Of a stretch of 64,000 nt of DNA, positions 12,197-23,974 are shown piece after piece (positions within the stretch are counted from its first letter, which is position 1; every line of letters starts with the position of its first letter). This stretch comes from Podarcis tiliguerta (Eukaryota), in NCBI GenBank assembly GCA_965153285.1, contig OZ229119.1; one strand, 5' to 3'. The notes below the pieces were generated by a model. That model made no database searches, was not told the DNA's origin, and saw nothing but the letters and a program-made list of their open reading frames with translations. The position numbers were made by a program, and so were the translations under genes.

Positions 12197-14031
12197 TATT
12201 TCAATAAAAGCTTAATCAATGAAAACCAAGCTAGTAGACCCAGTAGCAAAGCTTGATATGAAATAAACAGCATAGCCATTTTATGTTATTTTAGAGAGCT
12301 ACAGCCACAACCCATATCTAGTAATGAAATATGCAGCTCTTTATGGGTAGCTGTTTGGATTCAGATGCTAAAAATCAGTTTGGAAGCAAGTGAATCCCTG
12401 GTTATGTGCTCCTGATGATCAGGGTCTTGGCCTAACCACTGTAGGCCCACCTATCCTGCACCTATCAGATTTCACCATCCTATCAGAGGTGTCAATAGTT
12501 TAGGAAACTGGTATGTGGAAAGAACACAGTCAAGTTGCAGACAGGGTTAACTCCTGTTTCTCATCCATACCATAGATGAGTTCTCATCTCATATAAAACT
12601 AATGGGGACATCTATTCTAAGGAAAATATGTTGCAAAATTTGTGCCTACTTATGTGCAAATGGCAAAATATTTGTATTAGACACTATTCTAATTATTCAA
12701 AAATGCAGACTCTTATGGGGTTATGGAAGCCCAAAGGAGACACTCTAGAATGGGGATGGTCAGCTACCAAGTCAGATCCAGCTACCAAAGCATTATTATC
12801 TGTTCCTGGTAGTGCTTGTCAGTATTGGATGACACTGACTAATGCGTGATTTGTAACTGAGGATGCCTTTATGCAGCAAGACATTATTTCCCATCACGGT
12901 CAAGAAAACGAAATGGTCCAGAGGTTCTTGGTGGCCCTGTTCCTACCACTTATTCTCAGGTAACGAGAATTCTCCTCCTCTTTCAAAACCACCAGCACAG
13001 CTCCAGAACACAAGAAGCAAACATACACAGTACGAAAATCTCACCCTAGCCAATCATGGCTGTGGATGGCTATACCTATCCATTGCTTGGTCCCAATTAA
13101 GCCTCTCTGAGCATCTCTGCACAAGGTGCCCTCATAGCCATGGTGGAAAGAGAGAAGAAGCTTACACATGCAGATGCCCAGTGCATTGGAGCCATGAGAA
13201 GCACTGGGGAATCTCCCCACCCTTTCCACTGTGAGGATAATCAGCAAAGAAACTTCTGCACAAAACAGCCAAATACATGTCAACACTGACCTATGGAAAC
13301 TTTTGTTCATTTGTGGGATGTAGATTTATTTTTATTATTATTATTTTTAGACAGCCAATGAGCAGAGGGAGAGGCAGGGGTGGGGAGGAAAGATGAACAA
13401 TTGATGAAAGCACACCATGAAAAGCAGAGAGAGTGGTTAGCCGAAGTTATACATGGCGGTCACATTCCACCCCTTTTCCCCCATGCCTTGGGAAATGGAA
13501 ACACTTCAGTGGGAATCTGGTTCCACTTGGGATAAAGAAGATGCTTAGCCAGATACGGACTGCAGAAGACCAGTCTAGATTATGGCAGATCAAGAGGGTG
13601 CCTTTTCAAAGTCAAGGGTTGTTGGGGAAACCAGTCATTACAAAAGACAGTATGCCTTTAACCCATGTGTATTATTTTTTTTAAAGGAAGTAGACTCACA
13701 CCCCACTCCCCTGCAAGATCATCCAACACGCCAAACAGAACCCTTAAGGCATGAAACTGATGCCACTACCGTCATTTCTGATCAATTGCGCCAATAAACT
13801 TCAAGACTATCCTTATCCCCACAATGCACAGCTGAAAAAAGGATACTGTACCTTTACGATCCTGCCAGACACACTTCATAACAAGGTTGTTATAGAGGGT
13901 TTCTTTGAGATTGAAGGAAAGAGAAGTTTGGCGGTGAGCCACTTGATATTGTTGCTAGCTCACTAGTGTCTCTACACCAATCCAATGGCGGTTTGGGAAC
14001 GGAATGGAGGGAATGCAAGAAATTACATTAC

Positions 14032-14097
14032 CTTCATGGGCACAGCAAGGGCAGAAGGAGAGAGGTCTACGGCGTGGTGTCCCGGCATTGGGCTCAA
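14032..14097 (-). CDS. MICAL3: MICAL3 cassette exon inside bMERB, 66 nt, symmetric phase 1 (VEPNAGTPRRRPLSFCPCCAHE)
   Basis: Acceptor tttggttctattgaag|TT preceded by a roughly 208-nt AG-free pyrimidine tract, and donor GAAG|gtaatg. In frame. Confidence 0.78.
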
Positions 14098-14719
14098 CTT
14101 CAATAGAACCAAAGATGGGAGAGGAAGAAAGGAAGGGAAGAGGAAGTTGGAAGTGGAGAGGAAGAGAGGAGGAGAAACAGGGTGAAAATAAACAGACAAG
14201 CAAAAGGACAAAAAAGCACAAGAGTGAGAAAGAAAGGAAACAACAAGAAGAAGTAGAAAAGAAAATAATAATACAAGAAATGGAGAAGCAGAAACAAGGG
14301 GAACAGTCTACAGATGGAACATCCTTTGTCAACACGAATAATGGAGAAGAGCAGACTGTGGCACTGGGAGGGGAAACAGTGTGGGCCACAAAAGTTACTG
14401 GGATAATGGGGAAATGCCAACATTTGACATTTCTTGTGCTTGGTGACTTTTCACCCTCCAGGTCACATGGTGCAGTTAAGAGATAAAAGCACTAAGAAGA
14501 GGGTGGACAACATTAAGTTTCTAAAGGATCAGGAGAGCAAATAGGTTTTAAAAGGCCATCTTTAAAATTAGCTTGTCACATTCCATGTGTTTTTTTTTGT
14601 GACACTGTCCAAGGAAGTAGGTTGACAGTGGCAAGTATCATGTGTTTAGTAAACAAAGGCAGATCATGGCGCAAAACAGGACTGACTGCCTATGATGGGC
14701 AAACAAACCTAGACTAAAC

Positions 14720-14856
14720 CAGGGATACAGAAACTGTTGTCCCCCTGACCCAAAGGCTTTTGGATTCTCATTCACCTCAGTCAACATGGCCAACAGTCAG
14801 GGTGATGAGAGCTGTAGTCCAGCAACTTCTGGAAGGCCAAATGGTCCCCTATCCTG
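14720..14856. mobile_element. Hairpin hAT-type MITE copy
   Basis: CAGGGATA...TATCCTG termini and a gagctgtagtccagcaac core. Confidence 0.65.
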
Positions 14857-16350
14857 GGTCTAACCAAAGCCTTGACCGGTATTTTACATGTATTCATGCA
14901 TAGTTTGTATTTCTGGCCCTGCCAATATCAAGGGTAGACAGAAAGTTGAGGACTATGCCCCACTGGTATGTTTGTTTGTTTGTTTGTTTGATGGGGGGGG
15001 AGAAGTTTGAGTATGTGGCAATTAATTAGATATAACAAAGTAAATTAACATTTCCCAAATTTCTGATAAAAGAGGTAGTTTGTATTAAAAAATAATAAAA
15101 TGGGAGGAATACTTCTCAAATTTACACACTCTGATGCAGAGAATAGCCTCTTCCTATGGGTTGGCACTTATGGGAACCATCAATTATCCAATGAATTCCT
15201 CGGTTTGGGAATTATTGCGGTAGATTATACATAAAGAGATGAATAATCTTATAGAATAGGGATGAGGAACTGGGTGCTGCTGTGTACAGAAGTCCCAGCA
15301 ACCAGCTGATCACTGGGGCTTGAGTAGTGCAGTCCGTGGTGCTTTGTTAACCCCCAGTGATCTATATATTACAGAAAGACCTGTGGCCCATTGACTAGTC
15401 TGAGTAGAATGGAAGTAAAAGAAAAATGCCACTGTGTAATAAGGAGCGACTGAATTTATAAAAAAGAGGACATTTATAACCCACTGGAATCAGATCTACA
15501 TGCACATATAATGGAGAGGGAAAGCCTCAGTTCTCATTTACGAAGATAAGGTCTGGGAAGGGAACAGCTTTTAGAAGGGACCATCACAGAACTAGAGCAG
15601 TAACACACAGGACAGACCAAAGTTAAAAGGGAGGAGGCACATCAGTTTGCAAATAGTGTGTGAATGAGCAATGTGAATCTTTCAACAGGAAGAAACATGT
15701 ATACTCAGTGTGAAAAGGGTTAAAAGTACATCACATATACATGTTACATGGTGCCCATCTGTATGTGAAGACTCATCTTGTTTGAAGACATTCCATAGTA
15801 TTCCCAGACAACTTTTCTCTCTCTCCCCCCCCCCTCCAACAAAACCAAACAACCAACAAATTGAATGCCTTAAAAGTATTTTTGTCACTTGGGGAAGAGA
15901 TCCATGAAAATCCATGTAGTGTAACAATGCACACAGGTTTTTCTTTAAAGTGGCAATGCAATGGTGCTTTGTTTTTACTTCACAGGTCTCCTTCAAGGGC
16001 TAGTCTTAGATAGATATGTATTCCATTCTTAGTATGTGTAAAAAATACAAGAATACAAGTGGGTTGCTTGGATTAAATAGTTCTAAAATGCACAGTCAAG
16101 CTCTACACCAAAGGAAATACTCTCTGAATATTCTTGCATTTGCCGAAGTTCTTCCTCAGTCATGATTAAGGTTAAGATGACCTTTATGTTTTGCTTTGAA
16201 CTGGGTGGATTCCATGGTGCACTGGGCTGCAACTAGACCAGGCTTCTATGCAGATTCAGTGTGTATCAAGGCTATATATGGAGCTACTACCACTTCCATG
16301 GTTGCAGCAGCCTAGTTCTAGCTGCCACACTCAGCGATACAGATTCTGAA

Positions 16351-16488
16351 TGAGTGGTGGGAACCTGTGGCCCTCCAGATGACGTTGGGCTGCAATTCCC
16401 ATCACTCCTGACCACTACACATGCTAGCTAGGGCTGATGGGATCTGTAATCCCACAAGATCTGGAAGGCCACAGGTTTCCCATTCCTG
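16351..16488. mobile_element. Hairpin hAT-type MITE copy
   Basis: ggaacctgtggccctccagat...atctggaaggccacaggtttccc inverted arms. Confidence 0.75.
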
Positions 16489-17863
16489 CCCCACATGCAC
16501 ATGCCAGTTCACATAACAGTACCTCTATACAAGCACAGACCACCTCCCAATTTTGAAGGCCATTGCATGGGATCTCACCTGAAGCTTTCCAGGTGAGATA
16601 AGAGTAAATTGAGCTTGGAGGCAAAACCACTGCTGGTGCGAACCATGGTTTGACATAATATCTTAAGTGTCTCCATGGAGCTCCCCGACAATCCCCTCCA
16701 TCTATGAGTGTAACTAAGTCAGTTAACCACAGGATACCCTTGCTCCCAGAGTCTGATACTGGAGTAAGCAGAGACGGGTTTCAAGAGATAAGGCAGACTG
16801 AAATATCAACTATGGAGGGTAGAGGTTCTTGGGCTTATTCCACCACATCGGTAGGCAGGCCTCTTGCTACTATTGTCAATAAACCTATATCCAATAGCTA
16901 CAATGTTTTTCCCAACAGTACCTGCAGCAGAAGCTGGACCATTAATAGAATGTCTTATCCAACTCCATGGAGAATCCTCAGAGAATATTAATAGCATAAA
17001 GATGTGTTGAATAGTCCATTATGTATACAGATAATTCAGTAATATAAATGGATAAATCCTTTCTCCGCATCACTGAACTTAAAGCAAAAAAAGATCACAA
17101 AGGCTACTAGACAGCAAACATTTCTATTGCTCGTCAGCAAATGCCTATATTAGCAAGTTATGTGTAGCACACAGACCGCCTGAAAGTACACTCAGAACAA
17201 AATGTCTAATAATTTATAAAAGCTCCCACTGCCAACAGATGATGATTCACCACTGGTAACTGACTAGTGAGAGACTATTTAAAAGCCTGAAGCAATTTGT
17301 GAAATACATATCTTATTGAAAAACTAGACTGATCCCGATCAACTTTTTGCTAGGCCAACTGGGATCAAGCGGCAACTCAACTCACTTTGGGGTTTGGTCA
17401 AGAAATGCCTTCAAGTACCATGCAGCAAGGCATCAAACTTGAACATGATTACACCATCCTTTTTGTTCTGCTTAGGACATGAACTGAAATAGATCTTATG
17501 TAGCTCAGATACTTGCAGAGTTCCAACACAAAGAATACATCCAGCAAAAGATCATTATTTAGTGTATGTTTCCCAAACACGCCCAAGCTAAATGAATCTT
17601 GGAATCCAGTTCTATGCATGTTTGCTTGGAAGTACAGGTGCCTAAGTTCTGATGCAATGCACAGTCATCTTGCATTAACTGAACTACAGTTGTATCTTGG
17701 AAGTTGAATGGAATCCATTCTAGATTCTGTATTACTATTGCAAAAAAAAAGCTGACAGTAAGACGCATGAGACCCAAAGATGTTACTTTATTCTTACTAT
17801 AAATGTCTCCCTTTTGTTTAAGCACTAGGTACAGGTACACCTACAGTTTACAGTGGATTATTG

Positions 17864-17952
17864 TAGGCTTCCATATGTCTGGATTTCATGGACACCACGT
17901 TGTTTTGGCATTTTTGTAACCAGCTCCTGGTTTTTGAAATATGGTAACCCTA
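17864..17952. mobile_element. 89-bp hAT MITE with a perfect 8-bp TSD
   Basis: GATTATTG at 17856-17863 and 17953-17960. TIRs TAGGCTTCCATAT...ATATGGTAACCCTA. Confidence 0.8.
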
Positions 17953-18340
17953 GATTATTGCAGCACTAAAATAACTTTAAAACAGATAAACCCACTGTCC
18001 AAATGCATGCACACATATGTGCACTGGATGCTAACACTGGATACAAACCCAAATTCCATACATTTGGCTGCAGTTAGTCTTCTGCATATGATACCGTATG
18101 CGATATAGAATAATATGAAACACCCCTTCCCCCCTTTTCACTGGATATTGATAATCAGCCAAGAAGTGTGATGTATTCAAATCAGTATGCATAATGGCAT
18201 CATATGATCACTTAAGCTTGGCATCCGATGTTCCAAAACTCAAGAATTCACTCAAGAGCTGGAGAAGGGTGTCCTGCATTATGCATCACCAGGCAAAAAA
18301 GTCAAGTCAGGGAACTGAAGCAAGGGGACTGCTGAACCAT

Positions 18341-18343
<3 letters not shown>

Positions 18344-18387
<44 letters not shown>

Positions 18388-18410
18388 TTATTTGTACCCT
18401 GCCCATCTGG
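18344..18410 (-). repeat. (TAA)n microsatellite, probably the tail of a short L2/SINE 3' stub
   Basis: About 14 TAA units followed by tttatttgtaccctgcccatctgg. Confidence 0.7.
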
Positions 18411-21400
18411 GTAAGGTGAATCCAGAGAGAAGTGGGGAAGTATAAATTTCTATTTGAGCCGTGTTTGACTCTCTGCATTTTAGTCTGAACATCTCTCTTG
18501 TGAACATCTGTTAGACCTGCCCCTCCATCTCTGATCAACTCTGTTTTATAATCAATTATACCTCCCCTTTCTTCCAGTGCAGGATTACTCAGCCATAAGC
18601 CTGGCATTGGCATCAGATGCTGATAACCATGTTTTCCACCTGCTACAGAGTCCTTGGAACTGACTCCTTACATGCCAAGAGACCAGTACTGCCTCTACAC
18701 TCCTTGATACTGTTGGCTACACCACTGCCTTCTTTTGCCCTGGTTTGCTAGTGCTTAAAAATAATTATTCCAATATCACTTAGAGACATCCAAAAAGATT
18801 CTGGCTAGTGGATACATTTTACTATTACACAATAAAATTAAAAATTAATTTGCTGTACAAGCTAAGGATAAAAACAACATGCATTCAACCCAATATCATG
18901 AAGACCTCCTGATCGTTGTCCCAAGGTGAAATATTTTTCCCCACCTCCATAATGACAGTTCTGAAGTCCCTGGTATACCAGAAGGCCTCTGCCTAGGCTT
19001 ACTACTAGGTGATGCTCTGAAAGGACCTTGCAGTGTGTTCCTGAGCCACCCCTGGCAGAGAAGCCCAGGCAAAGTCAAAGGGGGAGGCTGAATCAACCCC
19101 TCAGGCTTCAAAGACATTGGGGCCAGAAGATCCGGCCCAGGCAGTTAGTCAGTGAGCGCATGCACACTTGGGAGTGCAGTGTTGCTGTGTAATTATTGAG
19201 TCAAAGGCTCATTGTAGCTAACAAAACTCAAGAGCAAAGGCTCTTACGGCAGACTCAAGCACCAGAAGCTGGTGATGGAAGGGTTTGGGAGTCTAGGCTA
19301 TATCAGGCTTCATTTGGAGTCTGCTGCTTGTTGAAGACAATCCACCATCCAGCTCCTTACTTCTGAACCTGACTCCTTTGCCTCCCCCTGCTTCCTTCTT
19401 AGAGCTCATCAGTTGCTGAACCCAAGCTTACCAATGCTGACCTGGATTACTTTTGGACTAGACGGATCCCTTCTGACCTTGGTTTGATCCTGGCACAGCT
19501 TTCCGGACACCCCTTGCTAAGGTCTGGTGATACCATGGCTGGGCTTTATTGTGCAATCTGCCTCCATCTAACCCACTGACCCAGCTGGAGTATGAGTCTG
19601 ACCAAAGGGTTTGGAGCAGCCCTGAATGTAAACCACTGGAATTTCGCTTCCAATGATGGATATTGGAGTCCAAGCCAAGAATAACGGGAGACACCTTCAT
19701 GCCAGCACCCGAAATTGCTGCTGGCGCTGAACACCTAAAGTGATGAGAAGGAAATGCCTGAACTGAGCCCCTTCTCAGCACAACATCCTTCTCCTGTACT
19801 CACCAGGTAATCAAGCCATGACTGCTGAACATTTCTTAGGCCATGCATATGCCATACAAGAACATGCGCAGGCATTCACGGGTGTGGCATATATCTCTGA
19901 CATAGCAACTGTTTCTGTAGGGGTTGTAAGAATACACCTGCACGCTGAATCTCTCTTGTATCAAAGCAAGAGCATTTAGTAGCTGGTTCACAAAGGAACA
20001 TATGCCCAGGGAATAGCAAGAACATGGTTGGAACATGTTTCCTCCTTTATCTTGAGCAGAACCCATTGTGAATGCAGAAGTCAATTCAGGTTGAGACCCA
20101 CTGGTTACATTTACTGGCAAGAGGAAGGAGAGGACTTTCTGTCACTGCCTTTAGAAGTATATATAAATTTTAGCATTTATACGGTGCTTTGTGAAGTGCC
20201 TTGGCTATTCAAACCAATCATCCTATTATATCTATTACAACAGGCATAGAAACGCATTATATGCAACCATTTAAGGCAGCCATTATTAAGCCCATACCTC
20301 CCCAAGGTGGCTCAGTGAGAACAGCAGAGGTGAGGTTTGAACCAGGGATTCCCTAGCTCACAGTTCAGCCTCTTAGCCCCTACGCTACAGTGACTCTTGA
20401 GCACTCTGGCAGCCCTGTGAGGAAGTACTGAACAAACACCAGTCACAGAGGAGTATAAAAAGAACTAACACTACAAAGCCACGTGTGTCTTTTTCTGCAC
20501 ATAACACTGCATTTTATTTAAAGGGATACTGCCAAGTAGTGAAGTTTTCTGCTGGGGATTAAAAAAAAAGAAAGAAATCAAGACAGATTAAAATAATAAT
20601 GATCTTCCATTTGGAATTGTGAAATATTACCGCTATCTGGGCTGGAGTTGAAACTAGCAAAAATAAAAAAATATAAATGCCTTTAAAACCCCAAAAGTGT
20701 AGGGAAGAAGTAACTATAGCTAATATTGCAGACATTTATCCAAACAGGAAATGTAGGGAACAAAAGGATATAATCGTGAGAAGCAAATAAGATTTATTGA
20801 TTTACTTATGCTAGTTCTTTATGACAGAAAGTGAGGTTAGTTAAAGTGAAAAACGACAGTGTCCCTTTAAATGACTCCGATGACTACTTTTTAAAGCCAC
20901 TGTTAGCAAAAATGACAAGACTGCTGCCTTCAAGAGGGAATTAGGAAGGGAAGGGGGGGAGAAGGAGAAGGAAGTGTGGGAGCTGCATCAGCTAGGAGCA
21001 GGACCTGTTAGGTGTAACTTTGCATTAACCCTTTTACAGCTCTGTCTGTGGGCACACAATGCCCCCTAGTGGCACACTTGGAAAGAAACCCCACATAGGA
21101 TGAGCACTGGTCTCCAGAGAGGAGCCAGCAACTCTTTCTAGCAGGGATGTGTCATTTTGCTTTGAGCAAGAGCTGGAGAGCCAACAGCATTTGCTCCACC
21201 TACTGATTGACTCCAGGTGAGTGGAGGCATGGAGAAAGGGCTTAAATCTTTCTGTTATCTCCCACAACATGTTAAAACAAGAAATAGTTTGGTGGCCGAG
21301 GACCTCAGGCACTTAACTCTCCAAACTGACCTCTGTATTTGGCTGCTGAAGTATGGAGGGAGAAAACTGGCAGAGCATTTTGCTGCTCACAATGGGGAAG

Positions 21401-22535
21401 AAAGGGTCTATGTCTCATTTGCATGGAGGAAAGGTGCAAAATAAGGAAAGGGGGATCCTTTGAGATTTGGGACTATGATATGCCCAAGTTAGGAAATTCC
21501 TGGGGGCCTATAACCTCCTGTGCTACCACTTACCTATTTCTAAACTATGAGGGTTGAAACCACAAAACACTGTTGATCTCCTTAACCTGCAAACTGCCAG
21601 TCTGAAGAACACGGGTAGCTTGCTTGATTTTTATGGAAGAGACGCAGCAATAGTTCAAAAACATTAGTGATATACAAAAGTCACCTTAAGGAGACTTGGC
21701 AATACATCCTTCTGTCACCAACTCCCAAGGAGTGAGGACCAGAATTTAAGACACCTTGGAAAACAGCTGTAGTACCAAAGATGTGTTGAAGCAGTCCTGC
21801 ATGACTGGTAACCCACCATGTCAAATGTAGCCCACCAGGGTTTCAAGCAACATCTGATGTTTTGTTTTGCCCCAGACTGCGAAAACAGGAAGGCTATCAA
21901 GTACCTGCAATGTCATAATACATGACCAGTAAGCTTGATGGGACACAATTTGTGCTGGCCTGTGTTAAAGTTGTAATATTACTGCAGAGCGGGGGGTGTT
22001 ATTCATAAAAAAGTCACTATACATGGGGGTGGGGGGGAAGAAAGACAAAAAAGAGAAAAGAATAGGAACTATATCATGTTGTGGTGATCTTTGAGGATGA
22101 ACTTTACACAAGGAAAGAGAAAGAGCCCGTGAATACCATCTGAGGGCTTGTTCAAACTCTTTTTTAATTTCAGAAATGACAGGGCATGTGTAACATTTGT
22201 GTACTCTCCTGGCAACCCATCCATTTGTAGGAACTCTAGCACTCAGACTGCAGTTTGGCAGTGCGGATTAAGTGTGATAATCTGTACAACTTTCCCTACA
22301 ATAACAGGCAACGGTATTTAAAGAAGCATAGCATTTAAAAAGAAAATATAGCAGTCCTTATAAAGTGTAACAAAGTGTGTTGAGAGAGCAGCTGTCACTG
22401 CTTTGAGGGTAGGGGCAATCCTTGAGGGAGAATAAAGTATATAAGTGCTAATTATCTTTGGGAAGAAAAATCTAATCAATAGTTTGGATTTACTTATCAA
22501 CAAAATGCATAGAACAACTAAGTTTAGGGGCTAAA

Positions 22536-22643
22536 CTGGGGGTGGCTAACCTATGGCCCTCAATCAGTCCCAAACAGCACGGCCAACAGTCAGGGCTAAT
22601 GAGAGCTGTAGTTCAACAACATCTCAAAGGTTAGCTACCCCAG
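22536..22643. mobile_element. Hairpin hAT-type MITE copy
   Basis: gggggtggctaacc...ggttagctacccc arms with TSD-like ggctaaac/ggttaaat. Confidence 0.65.
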
Positions 22644-23596
22644 GTTAAATGATGAAGTTTGAAAAGAGGCCATGATCCAGAGAGCTCCTTTAGCTAAAGT
22701 CTTGTACATGTACCCCAGAGGTCCCTCTGTTTTTCATTACAGCACCACCACCTGAAACTACATTCAAGCTACAACTACTTTTCACAGCAGACGTTGACCA
22801 CTGGCAAGAGCAGCAATCCCATGTCTCTCTTTCTCCTCTTCCTGGATCCCCTGCAATGCTTAGAAATTAAAAACATGCAACATATAATATTGCACTTCCT
22901 TGTCCCCCTCCATTTCACTGGCTGCCACAAGAATGTGGCAATACACATTTTTAAATGCCAGAAGGATAGTCAAATTAGAACACTGCGGCAAAAACATAGT
23001 CTTGCGGCACCTTAAATACGAACACATTTTTATGGCATAACCTTCCATGGACTGAAATTCTTAAATGTCACCAATGGAGAGAGGAGGAGGAGATGACTCA
23101 GGGTTTTTTACCTCCATGTTTCAGAACTGGTTTCTCCAGTATTATTGTGTTGGAGGAAAAAGAAGGCACCCAGCTTACAAGAGAGTCCCCTGTGCATGCA
23201 CAGAACTCAGCACGTGGCACTTTGGATCAGGCCTCCAGTGAATCCCAGAATAAAAAAGGAAAAAATTCAAAATGTGTACAAAAGACAATTTGTTGCCGAA
23301 CAAATTTTGTGTATTAAACTTCTTTCCCAGTAAAGGTTATTTTAAGTTGTTGCAGAGGTTTATCCTGGTGGAAAAAAGAGTAAAAAAAATCAACCCCTGA
23401 GAAGGGGTTTAATATTCAAAAAGTGATGAGAAATAAATTCTCTGCACTTCTGCACATCTCTTCCACTTTCATTCCTGGTTTTTTTCCTACAGGAAACCAC
23501 AATGGAAACCATTCCCGCCGCCCCCCGTCACTGGGGTGTTTTGCAAAAAGCCTAGACTTCATGTGACATTGCCCAATTGTGCATCTGACTGCTAAC

Positions 23597-23718
23597 TAGA
23601 CGGCTGGTGGCTCGAGCCCACCCTGGGAAGGCTGTGAGCAGGATTCCTGCATTGCGGGGCGTTGGACCAGATGACCCTCCGGGTCCCGGCCAACTCTGCA
23701 GTTGTGAGATTCTACGAC
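23597..23718 (+). mobile_element. CR1 LINE 3' end fragment
   Basis: gattcctgcattgcggggcgttggaccagatgacc...gattcta matches the 3' end of the CR1 at 56330-56398. Confidence 0.7.
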
Positions 23719-23923
23719 TCCAAAACGCTGCTCATTAAGGACTGCTAGTTCTCCTCCGAGCTGGAAAAGGGGTTGTGCCCTAGCCAATCAATTAGGTGCA
23801 AGACTGGTTTCTTCTCATTGCTTGTGAGGAGCCAGGGATGGAAAGAAGTAGGTGGAGGGAGAGGGTGGCGGGAGCAGGTGTCAGCAGGGTTAGTGCCAGC
23901 AAAGAGGTTTCTGCCATACATAC

Positions 23924-23974
23924 CACCCAGGTGCAAGTCGATGAGGTCACTGTAATAAGACTCTCCCCAATAGT
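23924..23974 (-). CDS. MICAL3: MICAL3 cassette exon inside bMERB, 51 nt, symmetric phase 1 (DYWGESYYSDLIDLHLG)
   Basis: Acceptor gattccttgttgtag|AC and donor GGTG|gtatgt. In frame, with ACTAAC 30 nt downstream. Confidence 0.78.

Noticed and set aside
14004-14486. 160-aa Lys/Glu-rich plus-strand ORF
   Set aside because: It is the antisense of the polypyrimidine/AG-exclusion tract of the 66-nt exon.
18950-19905. GC-richer stretch of about 950 bp reminiscent of a solo LTR
   Set aside because: No clear TG...CA ends with a matching TSD and no internal ORF. Cannot be supported without a repeat search.
21900-22130. Two pyrimidine tract/AG acceptors and a downstream donor in the long bMERB intron
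   Set aside because: The phase-1 reading reaches TAA before the donor and the peptide is low complexity.
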